Assembly: GCA_043228905.1 (NCBI GenBank) | Contig: JBHGNT010000005.1 | Coordinates: 19,530,001 to 19,594,000 of the forward strand | DNA length: 64,000 nucleotides | Direction: 5' to 3' | Origin: Azolla caroliniana | Lineage: Eukaryota > Plantae > Polypodiophyta | Part shown: in pieces, positions 50,700 to 62,378 of the stretch | How positions within the stretch are numbered: position 1 is the stretch's first letter | Layout of the letters: each line of letters opens with the position of its first letter | Notes under the pieces: generated by a model | Told to the model about the DNA's origin: nothing | Database searches by the model: none | The model's input: only the letters and a program-made list of their open reading frames with translations | Translations under genes and position numbers: made by a program

Positions 50700-52070
50700 T
50701 AGAAATCTATCCTCAATGATCATATACTTCATAGCATCACTTCGGAGCTCCAATAGATCTTTTACTCCCATGTCTTACTTAAACCATTTCATAATGTCAA
50801 GAACCCAGCCAGATATTAGGTTTTTGTACCTTGCATGCAACGTTCGAAGCTTGTTTTGGCAATCTATGATCAGCATATTCCTAATTTTTTTGAAATATTG
50901 TACACTATGCTTTGCTAGTACCTCAATGGGGCAAACACCTGTTTCTAATAACATGACAGGATAGGTCGTTGAGGATTTCAACCCCAATTGTCTATGTAAG
51001 AACAATTCTTGGATTTTCTCTATTTCATTCAATGCATAAGTGATATAGTGCCATCCCACATTTCCACTCCATAAAGCAACACTTGGATCACCATAACATT
51101 GAATAACATCAATCTCACATCCCAATCCTCGAATATCACTTTGGATGCATTGATTCTCAAACATGTATAAACTATTCCAACCCACTGAAAGTCCAGACTT
51201 ATAGAATACATTCCACCTATTCGTTGATAGGACATTAATACCAAGATATTTGAAGCTTTGCGCCATTTATATTGGTTCTCTCTTGTATGTAAAAGTGAGG
51301 TAGTGTCTTGGTTGAATTGTCTTTATTGTCATCATTTTTGTTTTGACCACATTGATACTTAGCCCACTGATTGACAGAACGTGTCCAATACATCAAGTAA
51401 GTGTTGCATATATTCCAAAGTATATGAGAATAAAACAACATCATCAGAATATAGTAATATAAAAATAAGCTCATGCATGAGTTTTGGGCCATCAAATCCT
51501 TCTTCTTTTGCAGCAATGTTTGCTATTTCTTCAAGTTTATCAATGCATAAACCAGAGACTGTGGGAGAGAGCGGACACCCTTGCCATGTTGCTCAAAAAG
51601 TACTTCAAGAAACCACTATCCATTTTCAATTGACACCTAACTTGCTCATACAATCATGCTACAGCTACTCTATACTCTAATGTCATTCTTTTCCATAAGC
51701 ACACTTCTTGATATAGTGGGCGTTCTTTAAGTTCACAAACAACACAATTGGCACCCAACTTGCTCATACAATCGTTCTACAGCTACTCTATACTCTAATG
51801 GCATTTCAACCTCTATCATTCTTTTCAAAAGCTCACTCCTTCATACAGTGGGTGTTCTTTAAGTTCACAAAACAACATTATAGTTTTTATCCTCAAAGTC
51901 GACTTTCTTCCATAAAAACTCTTTGTGGAACCAAATGATATATAGTTGATTGTTTTTGGTTTGAAAGCTTGTTTGATCAAGTGCTCGTTCATGATGATGT
52001 TCAGCCCATAAGTGGTCATATTAGCCCTTATAAAGGGTTCATGTCCAAAAAACCCAAATATCCGATTACA
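50700..52070 (-). mobile_element. RTE-like LINE reverse transcriptase remnant
   Basis: QGCPLSPTV near 51560-51587, LLYSDDVVLF near 51430-51460, and SFKYLGI (ORF 50775..51266). It is frameshifted and has an internal duplication of about 119 bp at 51640-51870. Confidence 0.8.
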
Positions 52071-52410
52071 AAGTTAACACACTCACAACCAAAAACACAT
52101 ATATTCTATTTTTCCTGAAGTAGGTGATTGAAAAGAAAAAACGTAAGGACACCAGAATATATCATTTTTGCCAAATACACCCTTTTAAAAAATAAGCATG
52201 GTAAAAATTACAACGTTATATTTTATGCTTACTTTTCACAACAGCAAGTTCGTTACTCTTCAACATTTCTACCACTGTCACAAGAGTCAATATTTCTGTA
52301 CAAAGAAGAAAACTAATCAATATCAAATGCATTGAGGCGTACAAACCTAATAGATTATTCAATATTTGATGCAAAATACTCCTAATGGTGGTTGAAATCA
52401 ACAAACATGG

Positions 52411-52496
52411 GTATTTACTAGAATGCCCTTAACTTTTGTACTACATAGGAGCATTTTTATAGTCTATTCAAAGCTTAGGGGTATCTTAGTAAATAC
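52411..52496. repeat. Short inverted-repeat (MITE-like) element
   Basis: GTATTTACTA / TAGTAAATAC perfect outer arms plus imperfect inner arms. Confidence 0.5.
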
Positions 52497-55046
52497 AAAG
52501 CAAGTTAAGCATATGTTTTGTTTGTTTTCCCGTTCTCAATTCGAAAAGCTTTTCTAAGGACCCTGGCATAGATACCATATGACAAACATGCTTTAACAGT
52601 ACAAATTTGAGCTCATAAACCAAACATGATGCTTGTGAATCAGTCATCAAATGATAGGACCATCAATAGGTGAATCCATTGTCTTTCAAGCCATGGGGAG
52701 AAAGAGATAGTACACTTACAAGACTTTACATATCCTCCTCTTCAATACATAATTCTAAGTTTTTAATTCTTTAATAGACTAGAAATGTAATGTTTCAAGT
52801 TAAACAATCTCTCAAAATATAGTACTCAGTAGACATCTAAGTCTAAGTTTTGATAAGATTAGAAAGATTGAATATCAATCCGCAAAATTTGTTAAAACCT
52901 TGATGTTCAGGAAAAATATTAGAGCTTAACAAGCTAGGACGTTAAGGTGTCAAGCCAAAAGGGTTCGCGGAAACTGAAGTCTAGTCACAAGGTTACGTCC
53001 TAACACTCTGGAAACAAGTGTTCCAAGTCAAACCATCTTCCTGGACCTAAGTTCTCAGCACAGGATTAAAGTGCCAAAATTTCTGACAAAACCTCAAGTA
53101 ACTAGGTCTTAAAGGGCTGAACAGCAGATATTCCGACTGTGACCATCTGTAACGTTTCAGATCGAATTTCAAAAGAGTTTGGTTCTCAGCACTCTATAAC
53201 ATCACCCAATCTTTCTTTCTGCATCAAAGGATCATAATCCATGCATGCTACAATCATATGTACAGTTATTATCTTCACTCTTGAATATTACATGATATCA
53301 ATCAAGGGAGTATTACTAAGGGAGTTGAAAGTTTCTAGTTTCAATCTTGGCTAAGTGGCCAGGAAATAGAAAAAGTCAATGTTTCAAGCCAAAATCATCT
53401 CTCGGGAACGAACCTGAAACGTTTCTTTGCTCCCTGAGTTTCTGTCATTTCCTCAAACAGGATGGAAAAATGGGATGAATTGATGATGCAGATACTGAAT
53501 TAGCACATATAATTGAGAGAAAGGGGGCGAATTCCAACATGAATTGACTATACATATGCTCAACTAGCACATATAACTGTTCTTTCAGAGGTTAACAAAA
53601 ACTCACAGGCACATATAACTCGGAGTCTTTTCCTAAAATGAAAATTTAATGACAAGGATGTTTAATGTTTCATGCGGAAATAACTCTGAAAAACCTCAGT
53701 TTCCCAGGATATAAAAAGTTAATTGTTAAAGGCAAATCATCTCTAAGAACATTTCGTTCTCAGAATAAAATCACGTGTGGGGAGTTTCATATGGAAGATT
53801 TAAAGCTAGTGTTTTATGTCTAGATCATTTGAAAGATCGACACAATTTGGTTAAGTATTGAAGCAGTTGAAATTCATAACTCTGATGTACAATGAAGACA
53901 TAACGTTATTTTCTTAAGAACTACTATGTAGCAGACAGTTGATTCTGATCAACGGCTTTATCATCACTTCTGGAGGGCATAAAATTGTAGGAAAAATATG
54001 TCTATTTACATAAACCGATTACTCATGAAGACATAAATTTGGGTTTTGAGAATAAGTCTGTAGGAAATGATTGATTTTAATAAAAGGATTTACCTTTGAT
54101 GTAGAAAACGATCGAGAGAAATTATGAAGTAAACAGCTGATTTTTCTTAAACAGATTAACTATAAAGAAAGACACAGAGAGACGGAGAGAGATTATGTGG
54201 TGTAAGAGAATGAATGAATGAAAGAAGTGCAAAGAAAGCACACCTTGGCAAGATCATCACGAATGAAGAAAGGAAAGGAAGGAATGGGTGACAGAAATGA
54301 ATGGATGGAATGAAAGTGAAGGTGAAAGAAGAGAAAAGAAAGCATAATAGCATACCTGGGCGAGATTAACGCAGAAAGGGAAGGGGCGATTTGGTGGTAA
54401 AGGCTTGAAGATGTCTGTTCTTCCTGATTTGGCCATCGCCTTTCACTCTGAGCCCTTCTCTTTCTGCCATGACGAGATATGCAGAACACCACCCATCTTT
54501 CGAGAGACCAAAACGCAGAATGAAGATCGATGAGGCGAGACCGGAGAAGGAGGAGGAGAGAGGAGAGAGGGGTATTTCTGTAAATTTCCCAAAACGCAGG
54601 AGTTTGAAAGGAGGTTTGGAGGAGGAAGGGGGGGGCAGAGGGGTATTTCCTGTAGATTTCCAAAACCCAGGATTTGAAGGGGAAGCTTTTCTGCTTTTTA
54701 CCTATAGATGGATGAAGATGGATGTGTATAATATTATGAAGATTTCCATGTGTCTGTGCTCCTCTTAGATATGTGGCTGTGTGTAATTTTCTGTTCTTTC
54801 TGTGTGCGTTAAAGAAGAGAAGATTGGAAGAGAGGAGGCTTTTTTCCCATCAATTCTTTCTGTTCTTTTCTCGTGTTTATAGCTTTTTTTTTGCCTTTCT
54901 GAGAGGTTTCAGAATTGCCCATCTTTTCTTGTATTCCCAGCTCTTTTGCCTTTCTTCTCAATAAGATGGTCATCTAACTCTTTAGTGCTTTAATCTGCAA
55001 CCCTCCTCCTTGCTTGCTTTAATCCGCAAGAGAAAATAAGTCCAAA

Positions 55047-55260
55047 TGGACAACACTGCTTTCGTGGCCTTGTGTCAGAAATGCATATGATCGATTGCTA
55101 TATATGCTGAATGTGGCTTGCTCGATGACACTAAGCAAGTTTTCCATGACGATCTCATGATTCAAGATGTAATCTCTTGAACTTCACCATTGATTTCTCA
55201 ACATTGATAGATGGAATGGCTGATCAGTGAGCCACATGCATGCCAAATGTGGTTCAATAA
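55047..55260 (+). pseudogene. Decayed PPR motif remnants upstream of the PPR ORF
   Basis: Reads NTAFVALC, IYAECGLLDDTKQVF...QDVIS*TS and MHAKCGS in broken frames. Confidence 0.55.
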
Positions 55261-55349
55261 GCCCAATATGACTGTCCCATGGTGGCTCGAAATGTCACCT
55301 CATAGACTTGTTTTGTTGATTTTGTTATTGATTTCTTAGCATCAATGGA

Positions 55350-58300
55350 ATGGTCTACTCAGATTTACCGTCGTTTAACTCACTCATCAATGGCTATATA
55401 AAGCATGGGAAGCTGCGTGATGCCCTCTACCTGTTCGCCGAATTGCAAAGGGATAAGCATAACACTGTAAAACCAAATGGCTGCACTTTTGTGGCCTTGC
55501 TCAGAGCATGTGCGAAGCTCCACGATCTTCGATCGGGGATGCAAATCCATGAGGTAATCTTGGAAAAGGCGGAGATCACATCGGATGGCTTCATCGGGAA
55601 TGCATTGCTTGATATGTATGCCAAATGTGGGTCAGTCGATAAGGCCAAACAAGTCTTTGATAACCTTTCGGTTCGAGATGTGGTCTCTTGGACTTCATTA
55701 ATTTCAGGCTATTCTCAACATGGGCATGCTGAGGAGGCTCTCCAATGCTTCAATCAGATGCAATCGGAGGGTGTTGAACCAAATAGCATTACATTTGTTG
55801 CTATCTTGAAAGCTTATGCAAATGTAAGGTTCATAGGAAAAGTTGAAGAAATACATTATCTAGCTGAAAGAAAAGGTGTCTTAGCAAAGAGTGTGATGGT
55901 GGGTAATACCTTGATAGATATATATGCCAAATTTGGCTGGCTAACTAAAGCACAAGAGGTTTTTGACAAGCTTTCATTCCGAAATGTGGTCTCGTGGACA
56001 GTCCTAATTGCTGGTTTTGCTGAGCATGGGTATGGCAAGGAGGCTTTGAAGTATTTGGATGAGATGTATTTGGAGGGCACGTTGCCAGATTCCTACACGT
56101 TTGTGAGTAGTTTGAAAGCTTCTGGAAGCCTCAGAGTAATAGAGAAAGGGCAGGAAATACATGCTGAAGTAGAAAGGAGAGGACTATCGGAGAAGGACCC
56201 TTTTATTGGGAATGCCCTGGTTGATATGTATGCAAAGTGTGGCTTTCTTGCTAAAGCACAAGAAGTGTTCGACAAAATCCCGACCCCAGCTGTAGTCTCA
56301 TGGACAACGTTGATATGTGGATATGCTGAATATGGCCATAATGAGGAAGCTCTTATATGTTTTTATAAGATGCAATGCAGGGGTATCTCTCCAAATGTTG
56401 TCACATATGTTTTTGCCTTGAAAGCTTGTTCCAATATAAGAGACATGCTTAAGGGCCAAGAAATACACACAGCGATTACAAAAAGGATGGTATTTTGCCA
56501 GCAAGATGATCTTGCACTTGGAAATAGCTTGGTTGATATGTATGCCAAATGTGGCTACCTTGCAGAAGCTGAAGAAGTATTTGATGGGCTTCCCTTTCAG
56601 GATTCAATTTTATTTACTACACTAATAGCAGGATACACTGAACATGGGCGAGCTGAAGAAGCTCTCGGAATCCTTGAAACAATGAAAAATTGTGGCATTT
56701 TACCCGATTCAGTAACACTTATTTGTAGTTTAAGATCTTGTGCCAGCATAGGAGCTATAGAGAAAGCCAGAGAGTTACACTCGTATATCAAGAGGCATGG
56801 ATTCATGGAAGTAGACCTGACTATCGGCGATGCATTGATTGATATGTATGCAAAATGTGGTTTACTTGTGGACGCACAAAAGGTATTTGATGACATTAGA
56901 TCGGGAAGCTGTGTGGCATGGAATGTATTGATTGCTGGATATGCTGAGCATGGTCTTGGTGAAGTTGCTCTAAAATGGTTTGATCGGATGCAATTAGAGG
57001 GTATGCTTATGGATTATGGCACGTATATTCCAGCCCTGAAATCTTGTGCATCTTTAGGACTCACTAAGAAGGGCAGAGAAATCCATGCTAAGATTCAAGC
57101 AATACGGTTGCTCGAAATAGACTTCATAGTTGGGAATCTTTTGGTAGATATGTATGCTAAATCTGGTTTTCTGGTAGAAGCAAAGAATGTTTTTGATCAA
57201 TTGCCCTCCCAAGATGTGGTCTCTTGGTCGGCATTGATCGCTGGCTATGCCGAGCATGGGCATAGTGAAGAGGCCTTGAATTGCTTTGAATCCATGCAAA
57301 TGGACGATGATGTCTTCCCAAATGCTATTACGCTGGTTTTTAGTTTAAAAGCTTGCAGCACCTTAGGGGCCATTGTTAAAGGCCAAGAAATTCACGCTCA
57401 TATTGAAAAGAGAGGTTTCATAGGAGGCGATCTCATTGTTGGCAACACAATAGTGGACATGTATGCTACATGTGGTTGGCTTGAAGAGGCACAAGAAGTG
57501 TTCGACATGCTTCCATCTCGGGATGTTGTCTCATGGACTGCATTGATCGCTGGGTATACGGACCACGGACATAGTGTGAAAGCATTCGAATGTGTAAATA
57601 AGATGAAAAGCGAGGGCATTCCGTCGAATTCTGTAACAATGGTTTGCATCTTGAAAACTTGTGGTAACATCAGAGCAATAGAAAAGGGGCAAGAGATACA
57701 TACTGAAATTGAAAGAAAGGGGTTGTTCGATGTGAGGGGTACTCTTATTGAGATATATGCAAAGTGTGGGCTACTTATTGATGCGCGAGATGTTTTGGAA
57801 AAGCTCTCTAACCGATCCACTTATGCATGGAATTTATTACTTGTTGGATACACCGAATGGGAAAATGATTGGGAAGCATTAAAATGCTTTGAACAAATGA
57901 AACAAGAGGGTGTTCCACCAGATACTCTCTCATTCATTTGCATCCTAAAATCATCAGGCCGGATCACAGCTATGGACATTGGTCATCAGGTACATTGTGA
58001 GATTGAGAGAAAGGGTATATTACTCGAAAGTAACCTTGTCCTTGGAAATGCTTTGATTGGTTTCTATATGAAATGTGGTTTACTTGTCACTGCACAGAAG
58101 GTGTTTGAGATGTTACCTATGCGAGATATAGTGTCGTGGAATGTATTAATAGCTGGATATGCTGAACATGGGCATGGTCAGGAATCTTTAAACCTTTCAA
58201 AACAAATGGAGCTTCTTGATGGCCTTTCGCCCGATCCTATTACTCTCGTCTTGGCTTCGAAAGCTTGCAGTAGTATAAGATCCATGGAAATGAGCCATGA

Positions 58301-59165
58301 AATGCACGCCGGCATCGAACGGAATGGATTTTCGCAAAGAAATGAGTTCTGCCAAATGCATTCTGATGTACCGAGCAATAGCTTGATTCATATGTATGCG
58401 AAATGTGGCTTGCTTATGAATGCCCGCGAAGTGTTCGATAAAACCCCCTTACAAGACGTCGTCTCTTGGACATCTCTCCTTGAAGGGTATGTGGAACAAG
58501 ACCGTAGTGAAGAGGCAATTAGGTGTCTTGAGAAAATGCAACTAGAGGGAATCCGACCTGACTCTGTCACATATATATGTATGTTAAAAGCTTGTGGCCG
58601 CATTGGAGCCATTGGGAAGGGTAGAGAAATACATGTGGAGATTATAAGGAAAGGGTTCCTGGATGAAAATGTAGCGCTTGGCAACTCCTTGGTCGATATG
58701 TATGCGAAATGCGGCTTACTAATAGAGGCTCATCGTGCCTTAGAGAAACTCTTGGTCAAAAACGTCATCTCATGGAATTCAGTTCTTTCGGGGCATGCTC
58801 AATTTGGAGAGAGCGAAAATGTGTTTTATAATTTTGATCGAATGGTAAGGGAAGGTGTGAAACCGGACTGCGTCACTTATATTATTCTTCTTAATACATG
58901 CAGTCGGACAGGTTTGTTCGATAGGAGCCAAACATATTATGATGCAATGAGCAAAGAACATGGCCTAAGTCCGACTCTCGAACACCTCACTGGCATGGTA
59001 GGTTCACTCTGTCGAATGGGGCAATTAGACAATGCAATAGCCATGATGCACAAGACTCAATTCTATCCGACTCCTGAAATGTGGCGTATCGTTTTATGTG
59101 CTTGTAAAAATTGGGGAAATGTAGAGCTTGGGAAACAAGCTTTTGAGCACACGAAACATGTTTAG
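55350..59165 (+). CDS. PLS-class pentatricopeptide repeat protein (about 36 motifs), partial E domain, no DYW; putative organellar RNA-editing specificity factor
   Basis: Intronless 1271-aa ORF with 11 DMYAKCG-type S motifs, VVSW.LI.GY P motifs, a terminal P2-L2-S2 triplet (PTLEHLTGMVGSLCRMGQL) and an E1-like WRIVLCACKNWGNVELGKQAFE before the stop. Confidence 0.95.
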   Translation: MVYSDLPSFNSLINGYIKHGKLRDALYLFAELQRDKHNTVKPNGCTFVALLRACAKLHDLRSGMQIHEVILEKAEITSDGFIGNALLDMYAKCGSVDKAKQVFDNLSVRDVVSWTSLISGYSQHGHAEEALQCFNQMQSEGVEPNSITFVAILKAYANVRFIGKVEEIHYLAERKGVLAKSVMVGNTLIDIYAKFGWLTKAQEVFDKLSFRNVVSWTVLIAGFAEHGYGKEALKYLDEMYLEGTLPDSYTFVSSLKASGSLRVIEKGQEIHAEVERRGLSEKDPFIGNALVDMYAKCGFLAKAQEVFDKIPTPAVVSWTTLICGYAEYGHNEEALICFYKMQCRGISPNVVTYVFALKACSNIRDMLKGQEIHTAITKRMVFCQQDDLALGNSLVDMYAKCGYLAEAEEVFDGLPFQDSILFTTLIAGYTEHGRAEEALGILETMKNCGILPDSVTLICSLRSCASIGAIEKARELHSYIKRHGFMEVDLTIGDALIDMYAKCGLLVDAQKVFDDIRSGSCVAWNVLIAGYAEHGLGEVALKWFDRMQLEGMLMDYGTYIPALKSCASLGLTKKGREIHAKIQAIRLLEIDFIVGNLLVDMYAKSGFLVEAKNVFDQLPSQDVVSWSALIAGYAEHGHSEEALNCFESMQMDDDVFPNAITLVFSLKACSTLGAIVKGQEIHAHIEKRGFIGGDLIVGNTIVDMYATCGWLEEAQEVFDMLPSRDVVSWTALIAGYTDHGHSVKAFECVNKMKSEGIPSNSVTMVCILKTCGNIRAIEKGQEIHTEIERKGLFDVRGTLIEIYAKCGLLIDARDVLEKLSNRSTYAWNLLLVGYTEWENDWEALKCFEQMKQEGVPPDTLSFICILKSSGRITAMDIGHQVHCEIERKGILLESNLVLGNALIGFYMKCGLLVTAQKVFEMLPMRDIVSWNVLIAGYAEHGHGQESLNLSKQMELLDGLSPDPITLVLASKACSSIRSMEMSHEMHAGIERNGFSQRNEFCQMHSDVPSNSLIHMYAKCGLLMNAREVFDKTPLQDVVSWTSLLEGYVEQDRSEEAIRCLEKMQLEGIRPDSVTYICMLKACGRIGAIGKGREIHVEIIRKGFLDENVALGNSLVDMYAKCGLLIEAHRALEKLLVKNVISWNSVLSGHAQFGESENVFYNFDRMVREGVKPDCVTYIILLNTCSRTGLFDRSQTYYDAMSKEHGLSPTLEHLTGMVGSLCRMGQLDNAIAMMHKTQFYPTPEMWRIVLCACKNWGNVELGKQAFEHTKHV

Positions 59166-60764
59166 GTGAGAAAGATGTTAGACCTAACCATACATCTCAT
59201 AAGCCGAGGCCCATCGATTAACGAGAGGGTATAGGCCTTGATACTCATACGAAGGAAGAAAGATATATTAACCTTTACTAGAAGCCAAAATCAGTGTATG
59301 AGACGAATCATGATTATGAATATGGATCCAATTATCCATGTTGAAACAAACTGAAGGAATGAAAAGAAATGATGTATATTTCGACAACATTGTAATCATC
59401 TCATCAAGTAGAATCATTCAGATATAATAATTATAATAAAGTAGAATCATATATAAGGTATTGTAGGGAGGGAGATCATTTCATTCTCTCCTAAATTTTT
59501 TTTTGACTCCTACACTTTTTTCACATTTTAGGAAATTCATGGAATCCACTAAAATTGAATGAGAGGAGCGGATCGGTCAGAGTGTTCAAGATCCAACCGA
59601 GGATTCGATGGAACACTCAGGAGAAGATAATGATAATGCCCCATAGGATAGCGCTGCTGACGAATTATCACATTAATGGAGATAATCTCCATTGATGTTT
59701 GTAATTAGACTATTGTAAATATATGGGGGGCATATCATATGTATTTGTAATTCATGATACTTATTAATGAAATTTGTATTTGACCAAATTTAGTTGTTTG
59801 TGTCATTACATTGGCTCACCCACCATGATCAACAACCCACTATTCATCCTAGATGACATGAACCAACCTAATCCCCCCCCCCCCCCCCCCCCCATCCCCA
59901 CCCCAAAACCAACATTCAAATTTGACCCCCTATCCTCATTGTCATGACATTATTGCTGAGTGGAGGACTACATCAATAATTTCTTTTTGGTAAAGACCTC
60001 CAAGTTACAAATGAAATGGATTACAAAAGTACAACATATGTCATGAATGTCCTTTAGACCATCAGCTAGAATGTAGCATAACCAATAAGACTTTCTAGCA
60101 CAACCAAGAAGACTTGATGAATCCAAACCATGTCTATCAAACAAGCTTAGGAATGGGTTTGAAAATCCAACATCAAACACATGACCTTGGACAATATAGA
60201 GCAGAGATGTTTATGATGGGTGAATGCCACCCGACACCTCAATGATTGGCCACCACGATTGCTAGCTTAGAGGATGCTACAATGGTCATTCACACCAAGT
60301 CTCTCTAGCCTTAGATGCCATTTAGATAGCCTTTGGCCAATTGTTGGGTCTCCCTACCACCACACCCACTCTTTGTTGGTCCCACACTTCAATGACATGC
60401 CCTAGCCACTTCAATAAAACTAAAACTTGGCACACAACCCACATTTGGCAATGGTAGCAAACCGGGCAAGAGTGGTTGTCGATCGCTCTTGAGACTCTAA
60501 TTTCCCAAACCAAACCTCACAAACTCTCACTCACACTCCTTCATATTAACTCTTAATCATGAAACTAATTAAACCTTAAAAAGAGCTTCAAAGTTAAGTA
60601 TACATGCGAAGACAACGACATACATATTAATGTAAAAGCCTTCTTTATTGATGTAAGATTTTGCCACAAACATCCAAAAGGAATGATTACGATATCGACA
60701 ATTAACACTTAACCTTAATCACTCTACTCACTTAAGTGGAAGATTAAAGAAATGGGAGGAGAAA

Positions 60765-62378
60765 GCTCTGATACCATGTTCATAATTAGGTAATTAACTA
60801 GGGTTAATTAGCGACTAATTATGTGAGTAGTTAAGCAGTGGAAGGTTGTGTGATATGTGTGTGAGAGGGAGAGAGAGAGGAAGATACACTTATGAACAAT
60901 GATGTAAATGGGGGATGATTAATGAGACTATATTAAAAAGCATCATCAAATACAAAAATACCCACAATGAGGTATATATACATCTCATGTGCAAAGGTGC
61001 ACTTGTGAGTAGAATATAGGTACAAAGGTGTAAGTCCTATATTAAATGAACATGAGGATAGAGGATCTACAATGTATCCCACTCACGTACAAAATCCTAA
61101 TTAAGGCTTTAAGGTGAACACACTAACTAGATTCTATCTAGCCAACTACTAAGTTACGTGTGTTGAATAACTAACTAAATCTAGTTGAGCTTGATATCTC
61201 GACACACCCCCTCAAGCTCAAGCGTGAGGCGTCCGACATCCGGTTCTACTTTCGGTGTTGATCGGCTTTCGATGTCGGCTTTTGTTCGGCTTTTGGTGTC
61301 GGCATTTTCATAGCATTTTCGGTTCCTCCCCCTCAAGCCTGTGACTAGGGCTTGGGTCGACTGCTTCTACCCATCGTGGGTCACGAGCCACTTCTGTAGA
61401 GTTCTCGGGCTCTTGTTCGACTGCTACCTTCATTGTGAAGGCATAATGATGGGCCATATACTCGTTGTAGTCGAGCTGAGTGACGTGGTTCTTCTCTCTA
61501 GATGAGCGTCGAAGTTTTTTGCTTGTCGATGTGAGCACCTTCTTTACTCCGGGTGTCTGCATGATGGGTACACCAAACTCAGTGTCTAGTGAGGGAGCTG
61601 ACACATCCGAATCATTGTAGTCAGGGTGGTCGACTTCATATTCGGGCATCTTACCTTTGCCTTTGTCCGATTTCGGACTTGGCCGCGACGTTCTTTGGTC
61701 GTGTGAAGGCTCATGTGGTGCACTAAGCTCGGTAGAGCTTGGATTGTCCTTTGGTAAAGGACTTGGACGAATATTGTCATTGGAGTTGACGTGCAACTCT
61801 TCCTTGGTCGGGTCGGATGGAGCCAAATCAGGCTCATACCATGATGTCGATTCATCGAAAACTACATTTAGACTCACCCGAACTACTAAGGTCGAAGGGT
61901 TATAGCACTTGTATGCCATTCTCTTGGACGAGTATCCTACGACGTCGGGCTTCTATTGTTGTTCATTTGGGATGCGTACATTCACAATGCTTTCGAACAC
62001 TTTGAGATGTGACAGGATTGACTTCCTTTTGACAAGGAGCTCGTATGGAGTAAGCTCATGCATTTCATTAGTGGTGCATCGGTTCATGAGATAGATGGCT
62101 GTGGATGCCGCATCGACCAAATAGAAGTTCGGCATGTGCTTCTCATGCATCATGGCCCGTGCTACCTCGAGTATGTGCCGATTCTTTCTTTCGGCTACTC
62201 CATTTTGTTGGGGGGTGTGTATCGACATCAGAAATCTCTGTGAATGCCTTCACCTTGGAGGTAGGAGATGAATTCATCGAAGAAGTACTCCTTTCCTCCA
62301 TCCGATCGTAGGCATCAAATGTGCCGACTGGTTTCTTTTTTGACTTGGCACTTGAGCTTTTGGAAGTGGGAGAGCACT
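60765..62378 (-). mobile_element. Internally deleted Ty1/copia element: integrase fragment, PPT, LTR and PBS
   Basis: Integrase (LRSDGGKEY, TPQQNGVAERKNRHILEVAR; 61953..62228 and 61308..61919) is joined directly to the pol C-terminus, with RT/RNase H absent. PPT TTGAGGGGG near 61207-61215, LTR 61204-60777 (TGTC...AACA), PBS TGGTATCAGAGC 60776-60765. Confidence 0.85.

Larger units (their letters stand above)
48546..54436 (-). other. Candidate spliced transcript (small protein gene or lncRNA), divergent from the PPR gene
   Basis: Exon-like blocks with canonical AG/GT ends: 54436-54356, 54159-54094, 49744-49680, 48894-48831, and 48561 to a stop at about 48546. A complete reading frame could not be assembled. 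Confidence 0.4.

Noticed and set aside
55427-58961. Several antisense ORFs over the PPR gene
   Set aside because: They are shadow frames of the repetitive PPR coding strand.
59462-59810. TGTA...TACA LTR-like segment after the PPR gene
   Set aside because: No TSD (GGTAT versus TTGGC), no second copy and no convincing PBS, so it cannot be supported.
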